Shown: positions 50,558 through 60,000 of the stretch, one piece after another
Numbering within the stretch: position 1 is the stretch's first letter
Layout: every line of letters begins with the position of its first letter
NCBI GenBank assembly: GCA_039815185.1
Contig: JBCBZT010000007.1
Location: 96,001-160,000, forward strand
Length of the DNA stretch: 64,000 nt
Source: Cyanobacteria bacterium P01_A01_bin.123
GTDB taxonomy: Bacteria; Cyanobacteriota; Cyanobacteriia; Phormidesmidales; Phormidesmidaceae
Reading direction: 5' to 3'
Notes under the pieces: generated by a model
Told to the model about the DNA's origin: nothing
Databases searched by the model: none
The model's input: the letters and a program-made list of their open reading frames with translations, nothing else
Made by a program: the position numbers and the translations under genes

Positions 50558-50776
50558 ATGACTTCTCTTGTTTCTCTTCTCCCCGGCGCACTTTCTGAAC
50601 TATTTGCCCGGAGCTCAACCACTGGACAGATTACCCTTGCCGATCGATATGGGTTGATGGCTGCCTTACTAGAAGACGCGCTGACCGAAGAAGATCAGCG
50701 CGTCTTAAATCGCTTGTTGAGAGCCATTTGTAAAGGTCAAATTGCTATCGTAGATGACTTGTCTAACCTGGCGTAG
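50558..50776 (+). CDS. small cyanobacterial helical protein (72 aa)
   Basis: 'LLPGALSELFA....GQITLADRYGLMAALL...L.EED...LNRLLRA...G.I'. Confidence 0.75.
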   Translation: MTSLVSLLPGALSELFARSSTTGQITLADRYGLMAALLEDALTEEDQRVLNRLLRAICKGQIAIVDDLSNLA

Positions 50777-50825
50777 GCATTCAATCTGCCGCTAGTCACG
50801 GACAAATTCTGTTGTGCGATTTCCT

Positions 50826-50858
50826 ATGGCGACGTTGTGATCATCACAACGTCGCCAT
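50826..50858. terminator. hairpin between convergent genes
   Basis: Perfect 15-bp stem ATGGCGACGTTGTGA-tca-TCACAACGTCGCCAT then TTCTTTT. Confidence 0.8.
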
Positions 50859-50875
50859 TTCTTTTGGACTTAGAT

Positions 50876-51184
50876 TTAGACGCTCGGGGCAACCACATGA
50901 CGTGCAAGGGGAGAGTCTTGGATCAACAGTGCCAGATTGTGGCGACCTACCACACGAACCCGATCGCCAGGTGCTAAATCCATCTGGGGGCCCACTGCCC
51001 GAGCTTTCCAAAAGCTAGCTTGATATCGGACTCGCCATTCTTTACCGGGATGAACGACCCGGTCGATGACTGCCTCAGCGCTGATATTGCCGGGTTGAGA
51101 GGGTGTGAGACGGAACCCTTGAACTGTTTGTTGTGATTCTGACTCAGCAGCGAAAAAATGAAGCAGATTGTTCAAACCAAGCAT
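50876..51184 (-). CDS. NfeD-like C-terminal OB-fold protein
   Basis: 'WRVRYQASFWKAR...L.PG..V.VVGR....L.I'; GGAGG RBS. Confidence 0.8.
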   Translation of the reverse strand: MLGLNNLLHFFAAESESQQTVQGFRLTPSQPGNISAEAVIDRVVHPGKEWRVRYQASFWKARAVGPQMDLAPGDRVRVVGRHNLALLIQDSPLARHVVAPSV

Positions 51185-51329
51185 GACCCTGACCTCCAAA
51201 TTAGTGACGTGTTCAAAGCGTAGTGGCCGTGCAGACTTCCAGTGACAGCAGCACACATAAGCAAAGCGATAACTAATCAGACAACGTTGGATCTCCAGAT
51301 AGATGGGGTAATATACAGATAAGCGTTAT

Positions 51330-51359
51330 TATCTTTAGGGAGCTATTTCCCTAAAGATA
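51330..51359. promoter_or_regulatory. 12-bp inverted repeat, candidate operator
   Basis: TATCTTTAGGGA-gctatt-TCCCTAAAGATA between divergent genes. Confidence 0.55.
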
Positions 51360-51598
51360 GTATCACTTCTTAGAAATATCAATACTTCGAATGAATTAAA
51401 CCAGTCCAAAGACCCCAAATACATCTCAGTGATCGGGCTGTATTGCCCCATGTCAGGGAACTTTACGGGTTGTTCAAATTCCTACAAGGAATTTGAAGCT
51501 GAAACAAACCGTTAAGAACTTTAGGCCCAGGACTGCCTAAAGTGTCTTAATCTTTACGAAAATCTATTTGCTGTGTGAGTACTCTTGGAGGAGCGATT

Positions 51599-52018
51599 AT
51601 GGTTGATACCCATGTCAAGTTAGATCCCCTGACTTTGGGCCGTGGAAAGCGTCCGAGGCTGAACAACCAAACAATTGGTATGCGCATGTCAGCCAAGACC
51701 CGACAGAATTTGGAAAAGATTGCCCAAAGCTATGATTGCTTGTACGGGGGTAAGCCCTGGATTGCTGGTCTACTTGAGAAAATTGCGGCTGGACAGTTAA
51801 TCGTTGTGCCTGCTCCCCCGCTGTTGTCCGACGACTTAAATGCTGAAGCTGTGAATTCTAAAACGCCGCAGTCCTTAAATCGAATTAACCCAAAGCAGGG
51901 TATGAAGAATCGGCTGAAGAATAAACACTACAATTCTCCAATGCCGAGCGAAGGTGCATCTCCCAACAGTTATGAAGACGATTCCGCGAATTTTGATTTG
52001 TCTGGATACCCTAGTTGA
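51599..52018 (+). CDS. putative ribbon-helix-helix-like DNA-binding protein
   Basis: 'TIGMRMSAKTRQNLEKIA...G.KP.IAGLLEKIA' beta-alpha-alpha pattern; GGAGGAG RBS. Confidence 0.55.
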   Translation: MVDTHVKLDPLTLGRGKRPRLNNQTIGMRMSAKTRQNLEKIAQSYDCLYGGKPWIAGLLEKIAAGQLIVVPAPPLLSDDLNAEAVNSKTPQSLNRINPKQGMKNRLKNKHYNSPMPSEGASPNSYEDDSANFDLSGYPS

Positions 52019-52508
52019 TTTGGTCTTAGGGCCTGGTTGGAACGGGGACTATAGCCACTTAGATATTCGATTAGATGGGATTCATCGGCTGCGTGAGTTG
52101 GTTGAAACCGATCGCTTAGTGATTTATGTGCCTCCGCCTTTGGTCTCAATCGTTCAGCTCACCGTCCAGCAAGGCTATGGGGTTGAACAGGCTCATCACG
52201 CGGTTCAAAAAATCTTGAAGTTGTGTAGTACAAATCTAGGCATTGATCACGATCGCATTTTAAGTCAGGCAAATGACCTACTCCTCATTTCAAAAGGGCA
52301 TCTTGACCTTTACGAGGTGATTTTATTACCCGTTGCCAGCGCGTTAAAAATAGATGCTATTGTGGCTCACCGGCCCTCCTTGCTAACCCAGGTATGGATG
52401 GCAGACGATCAAGAGATACCCAGTGTTGATTTTCCAGTGGTAACGGTCAGTGGGTTTATACGCCTGATGGCTGAGCCTCGAACCGGATCGACATGGTCTC
52501 ATTATTAA
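51972..52508 (+). CDS. PIN-domain-like protein (degenerate)
   Basis: 'ILICLDTLVD', 'DLYEVI...A..LKIDAIV.H.P', 'PVVT...F'. Confidence 0.5.
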   Translation: MKTIPRILICLDTLVDLVLGPGWNGDYSHLDIRLDGIHRLRELVETDRLVIYVPPPLVSIVQLTVQQGYGVEQAHHAVQKILKLCSTNLGIDHDRILSQANDLLLISKGHLDLYEVILLPVASALKIDAIVAHRPSLLTQVWMADDQEIPSVDFPVVTVSGFIRLMAEPRTGSTWSHY

Positions 52509-52659
52509 CACTGTGGTTTCTAGAGAGTTGGGGCATGGGTGTACCCAAAAGAAATTCGCTGTAGTCGGCCAGGGTGTCTAGACCAATCGTGGAAAGCACG
52601 ATTTCAGCTAAAGCCCACACAATGACTCTGATCCAAAGTCTTTTCCACTGAATGCCCAT
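52456..52659 (-). CDS. small cyanobacterial hypothetical protein
   Basis: 'W..L.....VW..AEIVL..IGLD.LADYSEF'. Confidence 0.65.
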   Translation of the reverse strand: MGIQWKRLWIRVIVWALAEIVLSTIGLDTLADYSEFLLGTPMPQLSRNHSVNNETMSIRFEAQPSGV

Positions 52660-52750
52660 GATGATTGATCCTGAGAACTCAACAGTGAGCTAAATTCCTC
52701 ACTATTAAATTCATAGGTCTAGGTCTTCCAGACTTATGCAGGCCTTCAGA

Positions 52751-53641
52751 TTATTCGCTGTACCAGAGAATATCCGCGATCGCGCCTTCATTGCCCTCAA
52801 CGACAACTGGAGCCGGATTGAGCAACACGATTTGCTGGGTTATCCCTTCTCCTAATCGTCGGCCTACTCGGTCAGGAATACCGTAGCCGTAAACTACATG
52901 TCCTTGTCCTGCCAGGACAACAACCTGAGTATCTGGATGGGTTTGTCTAAATTCGGCAATGCCCATGGCCATCGTTTCATCCCACACCACTTGGGCGGCA
53001 AAGAAGTTGTCAAAGTTAAAATTTCCATGACTGCCGTGGGCGCCAAAAGCAGCTTTGACATAGTTTTGGTAGTCGCGGTTGCTGGTGTCAATGTCAGTGA
53101 TTGGCGGAATGTATTGCAAATCTTCACCTGCCAAGCTGTCTAGCCCTTCACGGGCAACTTTACGGGTCACTTCGGCAGGCGCATTGAGAGCAAGGACGGG
53201 AATTTGGTGGGTTTGAGCAAACCGTAAAATTGGCGCGTAATGCTCCCAGGGGAAACCCCACCGTGTTTCATACTCGCTTTGCTCAATCAGGTCAGCTTCA
53301 CTAATTTCTCCAGAGAGGTAGCGATCGAGCACGGGTTGGAAAGGACGTTGAAACATCTCCATACCAATCGCGAGGTTGGGATTTTCCTGGTGAAGGGCTG
53401 TAATAATGGCCAACTGGGCAGCGTGATCGTCAGTACTATCATGGCGTTCACCCAAGTACATCACATCCGCTGCCACCAAAGCCTCAAAATCCTCAACCTG
53501 TTGAGGAGACAGGCTGTGGGGTGAACTGTCTAAAGCCGTCGCGCCTTGGTCAGCATAGGAGCACCCCACAGCTGAAAATATTAGCAAGCTGCTGCTGAGT
53601 ACCGTTAAGCCTAGATTTAACCACCGCGATCGCTGTTCCAT
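52751..53641 (-). CDS. ChaN-family (heme-binding-like) lipoprotein
   Basis: 'YLGERHD...H..QL', 'GMEMF', 'AQVVWDETMA', 'AGQGHV.YG.GIP'. Confidence 0.88.
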   Translation of the reverse strand: MEQRSRWLNLGLTVLSSSLLIFSAVGCSYADQGATALDSSPHSLSPQQVEDFEALVAADVMYLGERHDSTDDHAAQLAIITALHQENPNLAIGMEMFQRPFQPVLDRYLSGEISEADLIEQSEYETRWGFPWEHYAPILRFAQTHQIPVLALNAPAEVTRKVAREGLDSLAGEDLQYIPPITDIDTSNRDYQNYVKAAFGAHGSHGNFNFDNFFAAQVVWDETMAMGIAEFRQTHPDTQVVVLAGQGHVVYGYGIPDRVGRRLGEGITQQIVLLNPAPVVVEGNEGAIADILWYSE

Positions 53642-53784
53642 TAATTCTTACTCTAACCCCAACGACTGCTGGTCTCAGATACCAATGTAACTCGGGAAAG
53701 TATGCTCGTAGGAGAAACAAGGATTTAGGAGCCGTAACCTGGAGTTGAAGCGACTTCTTCAAGCCTCTCTCTTACTTTCTCACG

Positions 53785-55212
53785 CTATCCAAATCGCAAA
53801 GTAGTAAACGCAAAGCGAAGTACAAAAACCGCCGCCAGAATCCAGGTCACTACAGGCACCTCACTAGCGCGACCGCTGACGATCTTAGTAAAGGGATAGA
53901 GAATTAAGCCTGCAGCCAACCCCTCTGCGATTGAAAAACCAAAGGGAATAAAGAAAATAGTGACAAAGGATGGCACTGATTCAGTCAGGTCTTCCCAGCG
54001 AATGCTGGTGATGCTAGACATCATGAGTACTCCCACGATCATCAGCGCCGGAGCTGTGGCAAAGGCGGGAATGGCCTCAAAAATTGGCACAAATAGCAGC
54101 GCGATTAGAAACGCGATCGCGGCCACCACTGCCGTCAAACCCGTACGCCCCCCCTCAGCTATCCCAGCGGCTGACTCAGCAAAAGTGGTGACCGTAGAGG
54201 TGCCCATAATCGCCCCGGTTGTGGTGGCAATTGCATCGGCGGATAAAGCTTGATTGGCCCGGGGCAATTCGCCATCTTGATTGATGTAGCCAGCCTGGGT
54301 ACCCACGCCCATCAAGGTACCAATGGTGTCGAACATATCGACGAATAAGAACACGAGCAACACCGCGAGAAAGTCAATAAGATTACTCCCGTTAATTCCG
54401 CCTAATCCAGTAAATGCTGCGCCAAATAAATTGCTAGGGAAAGCTGGGATTGCTATGAAGCCCGAGGGAGGGGTGGCTACCCCTAATATCCAACCTAGAA
54501 TGGCAGTTCCAGCAATGCCCCATAGCAATGCCCCCTTGATGCGCCGAATCATGAACAGAACGGAGATCAAAATCCCGAAGGTGGCCAACAAAGTAGCGGG
54601 TTCTCGGAAACTGCCAAAGGAGGTTTTGGTGACCTCGTTGCTGATAATTAGCCCTGCTCCGCCGATCTCCGTCGCACCAGACAAGCCAATGTAGGCCAGG
54701 AATAATCCAATTCCGACGGTGGTCGAGGCTTTGATACAGTTTGGCACTGCTGTAATCAGATGTCGCCGGATGTCGGTAACGGTCAGCCCAATAAAAATGA
54801 TGCCCTCGATGAGTACACAGGCCATGGCGACTTTCCAGTCAATGCCAAGTCCCAACACAACGGAGTAGGCAAAAAAAGCATTGGTTCCCATGCCAGGGGC
54901 CTGGACAAAGGGATACTTGGCATAAAGCCCCATGACCAGACTGCCGATGGCAGCGGTGATACCAGTCACCACCACCAACTCTCGAAACAAATCCCCAGAC
55001 TCGTTGAGGAACACGGCATCAGACATGATCAGCGGATGCACGACCAGGATGTAAGCCATGGTCATAAAGCTAGTGAGCCCAGCCAGGATTTCGACACGGA
55101 AGCCCGTTTTATAGGTTTCAAATTGAAAATATTCGGCGATCGCAGCCTGCCAACCCGAATAGGGCGGCGGCGGCGGTACAGTTTGTTTCAGGTTGATATC
55201 GCTTTGGCTCAT
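53785..55212 (-). CDS. NCS2/AzgA-family purine permease
   Basis: 'AGLTSFMTMAYI', 'APGMG.NAFF', 'DMFDTIGT', 'ESAAG..EGGRTGL'. Confidence 0.92.
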   Translation of the reverse strand: MSQSDINLKQTVPPPPPYSGWQAAIAEYFQFETYKTGFRVEILAGLTSFMTMAYILVVHPLIMSDAVFLNESGDLFRELVVVTGITAAIGSLVMGLYAKYPFVQAPGMGTNAFFAYSVVLGLGIDWKVAMACVLIEGIIFIGLTVTDIRRHLITAVPNCIKASTTVGIGLFLAYIGLSGATEIGGAGLIISNEVTKTSFGSFREPATLLATFGILISVLFMIRRIKGALLWGIAGTAILGWILGVATPPSGFIAIPAFPSNLFGAAFTGLGGINGSNLIDFLAVLLVFLFVDMFDTIGTLMGVGTQAGYINQDGELPRANQALSADAIATTTGAIMGTSTVTTFAESAAGIAEGGRTGLTAVVAAIAFLIALLFVPIFEAIPAFATAPALMIVGVLMMSSITSIRWEDLTESVPSFVTIFFIPFGFSIAEGLAAGLILYPFTKIVSGRASEVPVVTWILAAVFVLRFAFTTLRFG

Positions 55213-55510
55213 GACAAAACCCCAGGTAGGAAATTGCGCTTTCAACCTGCGTTTTGCCCTGAGAAAATCTAGCGCAGGCTGCAGGCCCATGCCCCATAAT
55301 TGGTGCTAGAAAAATCCCTAGATCCTTTAGCGTTGTAGGACATCGAAGCGTTTTCATGACACTATCGGTCAGTTCCGATCCATTGTGTTGCAATGAACAC
55401 ACTTTTGGATGCTGTAGAGGATCCCGTCTGTTTCTGGGGGCTATCTACACTGGGACAGTTAGGTCATAACTGTCACTATAAGGATGACGCATACATCCAG
55501 CAGGTAACCC

Positions 55511-55801
55511 ATGAAAAATCTAGTCCAAGCTTTTTATACGTGGTATCGCAACACGCTACGAAACACAAAATATCGTTGGCTAATTGTGGCAGGGACGCTC
55601 GTTTACTTGTTGAGCCCCTTTGATATTGCCCCTGATTTTATCCCCATCATTGGTTGGATCGATGATGGTATTTTAGTTACGCTACTGGTGAGCGAAGTGT
55701 CTTTATTGATGACGGACTTTCTAAAAGGCCGCAGCCGCTCTGTCGCTAATCAAGAGGCTGAAGTAGTGGTAGATCAGGTAATTGACGTGCCAGCGCAGTA
55801 A
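55511..55801 (+). CDS. YkvA/DUF1232 family protein
   Basis: 'YLLSPFDIAPDFIPIIGWIDD'. Confidence 0.9.
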   Translation: MKNLVQAFYTWYRNTLRNTKYRWLIVAGTLVYLLSPFDIAPDFIPIIGWIDDGILVTLLVSEVSLLMTDFLKGRSRSVANQEAEVVVDQVIDVPAQ

Positions 55802-55883
55802 AGATTAGCTTTGAACCAGTGAAGACAGAATTTCACTAGGCAATAAAAGATTTGAGTCTCCTCTCTCAATAACCAAAGTGATC

Positions 55884-55920
55884 GCATTTAAAAAAGTGGT
55901 GCGATGGCTTTTTTAAATGC
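55884..55920. terminator. inverted repeat between convergent genes
   Basis: Perfect 13-bp stem GCATTTAAAAAAG / CTTTTTTAAATGC. Confidence 0.55.
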
Positions 55921-55973
55921 CATTGACTGATAAGCGAAGTCTTGATGTTTACCTATCGTAGTGATTTATTCTC

Positions 55974-56528
55974 TCATAGCGCTTCTTCCCTTTTCGTCTG
56001 CAATAGCTGCACGATCGGATCCGCTTCACCTCGCCTTAGTGCATAGTCTAGAGCGGTACGATGCCATTGATCTCTAACTGTTGTATCAGCTCCGTGGTCG
56101 AGCAAAAGTTGGACTAACTCGATATGACCTTTGAACGCGGCCAAAATCAGTGGTGTGACGCCTTCACCATCAATCCAGTTGACATCAGCACCAGCGTCAA
56201 TCAACACGCGAGCAATGTTTGTAAAACCATCTCGGGCCGCATAAGTTAGGGCGGTGTTGGTGGCGTAGATCAAATTGGGGTCGGTGCCTGCTTCGAGCAG
56301 CGATTTCACCGTTTCTACATCCCCTGCTAGGGTCGCCTCAATCAGGGGTGGTGGGTTAGATGCAGGTCTTGTCTCAGAGGCAGAAGATGCTGAGGATTGG
56401 TAAGTTTGATGGCACCCAGTTGGCCCTAATAGCATCAAGGGCACGATCGTTAAAACGCAACTCCACAGACCTATTGCAGCATACAAATGATGGGTTAACT
56501 GTGATCTTTTTTCGATATTTCTAGCCAT
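55974..56528 (-). CDS. ankyrin repeat protein, possible lipoprotein
   Basis: 'TALTYAA', 'GVTPLILAA..GH', 'TALDYA'; hydrophobic segment ending 'PTGC'; start uncertain. Confidence 0.85.
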   Translation of the reverse strand: MARNIEKRSQLTHHLYAAIGLWSCVLTIVPLMLLGPTGCHQTYQSSASSASETRPASNPPPLIEATLAGDVETVKSLLEAGTDPNLIYATNTALTYAARDGFTNIARVLIDAGADVNWIDGEGVTPLILAAFKGHIELVQLLLDHGADTTVRDQWHRTALDYALRRGEADPIVQLLQTKREEAL

Positions 56529-57049
56529 TTCTCTTGAGTTAAAACCCATCGATTGACAGTTTGATGAAAGTTGATCCATCCAGGCGTGGTGTCGTACGTT
56601 TTAACCAATTCAAACCCGACCTTAGGCAAAATTCGATTGGGGCCAGGATTCATCGCATAAGGCTCACAAAATAAGTTTTTTAGCTTGAATTTCTCGAAAT
56701 ACCCAGTAATGCAGGCTTTAATGAAGAATTTTCCATGGCCACTCCGACGTTGTATGGGTTGCCAAAGATGAAGATGCATGTAGGCTTCAATGCCAAAAAT
56801 GATCTGGTTAATATTGGAATGCCCGATTGGATCATCCTCTAATTTCCAGATTAAGTAGTAAAATTCTTTGTTTTGAATCGAGCGTTCAAAATCTTCAAGT
56901 AAGCGTTGCCGCCATTCAGCTAGGGATGGAAGTTTATTTGGGTCTGCACCCATGCCTTTTAAGAAATCAGGCTCTGCCTGTAAGAAATAATTGATCATGA
57001 GGTCAACATCATTTGACCCCATTTCTCGGATAGTTCGTTTCAAGAACAC
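56495..57049 (-). CDS. GNAT (RimJ/RimL-like) N-acetyltransferase
   Basis: 'PIGHSNI', 'RRSGHG', 'N.GPNRIL.KVGF'. Confidence 0.8.
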   Translation of the reverse strand: MFLKRTIREMGSNDVDLMINYFLQAEPDFLKGMGADPNKLPSLAEWRQRLLEDFERSIQNKEFYYLIWKLEDDPIGHSNINQIIFGIEAYMHLHLWQPIQRRSGHGKFFIKACITGYFEKFKLKNLFCEPYAMNPGPNRILPKVGFELVKTYDTTPGWINFHQTVNRWVLTQEKWLEISKKDHS

Positions 57050-57051
57050 CT

Positions 57052-60000
57052 CTACTTGCTGATTGCCTCAACAGCATCACTCACTCGATAATCCTCGGGA
57101 TCTTCGCCAATGTCGCCTACAAATGAAAAGGAGCGGAGCAGGTTGAAAATTTCGTGGGTCATGCCTTCTAGCGTAAGCGCTGGCGGCAAGATGGTAGTTT
57201 GTAGGGCATCGTGTTTAAGGTGGTCAAATTCTCGTCGCAGATAGCGATCGCCGGGTGGGCGGTAGTGCTTGAAGCAGTCCTGGAGTGGACTCTCTAGATG
57301 CAGCTTTTGACCTGACTTTTCAGCCTCTGCTTGGGTGCGTTGTTCTTCGTAGCAGTTCTCGATGTCGTCGAAAATACCCCGCATTAGGTCTGGATAATGT
57401 CCGGAGAGTGCCAAGAGCGCCAAAATAGCCTGCTGTACTTGAGGGCTGGGTTTGGTGCCTCGGGTGCGGCAGACAATTTTGAAAAGCTTGTAGATGTTGA
57501 TCAGGCGTTTAAGGGTGCGGGGAGAGAGGTCGGTTTGTTTGCAGCATTCCAGCAGCATGTTGAATTCTTGACGGCTGAATTCGTTAAATTTGGCACTACC
57601 CGTAGCATTGTCTTGAATCACGACCTGGGAACGCAGATAGGTTTCCAGCGTGTTGGCCATGATCGGTCGTACCCGATAGGGGAGCTGAATGATTTTTTCG
57701 AGATAGTCGGTGCCAGAGGGGCTGCCGTGGCGCAGCAGAATCCCCTTATAAAATTGTTCTAGAGCCCGGGTGATATAGCGCTCATCAATGGCAAGTACGG
57801 CAATGAATAGCGGTGTTTTGACCAAGAGCTGCACGGCTTCGAGCACTGCAACCACGCGATCGGGCGGACACCGATCGAGGTCGTCAATATAGACGATGAT
57901 GCGGGCTGGACCTCTGGGGAAGATTTTCTGGAGTTGTTCCACTTTTGAGCGAAAGGCTTGGCTGGCTGCCGGGGGCGGTAACAGCCGTTGACTTAGGTCG
58001 GCTAGATCGCCTTTTACCTGCTGCATCAACCCTAAATGTTTTTCATAGCTGCCTGCCTGGAGGCGATCGCTAACGAATGCCTCTAGCGATTCATAGACGT
58101 TTTCAGGAATGCGCTGGCGTTGAGTATCGATCTTGTCCTCTAAAACCTTAATTTCGGTTTCTAGCTCACTAATGGCTTCGACTTCGTCCAACTGATTTTG
58201 AAAGATTTCTTCTCGTCGTTTTTCCAGTTGTTGCGAAATCGCCCCGATCTGGATTTCATATTCTTTGACTGCCAGCTTGGTCTCTTCAAACCACTGGTGA
58301 AAACTCTTGAACAAGGCTTGAACACTGACGATACCGGGTGTGAGTGGAGCTAGAAATGCAATCAGCCTGGAGGAAAAACTATCTATGCTTACATCTAGCC
58401 ATGCCAAAGTCTGCTCAACGGCTATCGGCAAGACAATCGCCAACACCATCAAGATCAGAACAAGCCCCAGCAGGCGTACATTTTTCCGGCACCATGTCCA
58501 GAAACTAAAGAAGTCGATTTGTCCATATCGCCTTTCCATGACGTCAGCCGTCACCAATCGAATCATTGCCTTAAGATGATTGGTATCAATTGGTTCTAGG
58601 GTTTCTGATGCGGCGTCGCTATCGAGTTGGGCTTTGATCTTGCGGGTGATTTCTTGGTTAATCTGCTCGAAGACGGTTTTGCTAACACGATTAGACAACA
58701 AAATTGAAATCGGCCCCGTCAACTTATTGATCAGTTGATAGAACTGATCGTTATCGATTTTGCTTCTAATCGCCTGGGTTTCTTGCTGGAGTGCTGCTTG
58801 TTTGCGTTTGAGTTCTGCCTCAAGTTCTTTGAGCTTCTGATTTTCGGCTTGATAGGTTTCCCCAAGCTGTTGCCAGAGGGCGTTATCTACCTCTTCCTGG
58901 TTGTTGATGTCTTGAAATTGGGCCAGTTGTTCTGGGCTTAAGACCCGTTCTAAAAACCACTGTCGATCTTCATCACCTGATTTGTAGAGCACGGGCCAAT
59001 ATTGCCCTGCTGCACACAACACCTTGGCCCGTGATTCAGCGTTATTGGGTTGCTCGGCCAGAACTCTAGCGAGCTTCTGTTCAAGGGAAATCTGGCGATT
59101 TAGCTCCAAAAAGATGGTCTGCATTAAGCTGGCCCAGAGATCAGACTTGGCAAAAGTCCAAGCATCAAATTTAATTTGATACACATGGCCGACGTAGGGG
59201 GAGAGCCTTTCGTGATTGGGATCTAGGTTCCAGGCTTCAGTGTCCGGGTGGATAGGGCGACTACGTATCTCAGTCATGCGCGATTGCATCAAGTGCATGA
59301 TGTAAGATTTGCCGCCCCCCCAGCCGCCCAGAATGCCAACCGTCATTGGGGGTTCTAGGTCTCGCATGAGCAGCAGATCGGTCAAGGCGTTGACCTCGTC
59401 TTTGAGGTTGAGCAGGTCTTCATCTTGGGCCGATTCGTTGCGCAAGCTGCCGCCCTTGAGGGCATCGCGATACCCCCTAGCCATCAGATAGAGGGCACGT
59501 TGCCAAAGTTCAATGGTGATCGGCTGACCTAGGCGGTGCTCCCGAGTGACCTCTCGGTTAATGCGCATGGGGAGATGGGGGCTTAGGGCAACCAATGTTT
59601 TACCCCGAGCTAAGGGCTGCTCAACTGTGGCGGCGATGTCTGTGACTTCGGGCAAAATTTCTGGCATTTCGATAGCCAGGGTGCTGAGTTGTTCAACGCT
59701 TTGCACGAGGTTGCTCAGTTGCTGGGCGCTAGTTTTGGCTTCGCTGCGAAACTCTGGAAATTTGCAGGCTAGGGCAACTAGGGCAGTTGTACGGAAATAC
59801 AGCTCGCCAATTTCGCGAATGACGTTGGCTGCTTCTAAACGCTGATTGTGATGCAATCTGGGAATCAGGCGTTTGAGGCATCTTACTTCTAAGTCATGAT
59901 TACCCAAGCCTCGAATTTGGCGGAGTGCTGCGGGTTGATATGCATGACCGCTGGGGTGACTGGCTATTTCTACCAACGCTTCGGCTTTGCGATGGGGGCT

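Noticed and set aside
55213..55510. Purine riboswitch upstream of the NCS2 permease
   Set aside because: Conserved aptamer core not found
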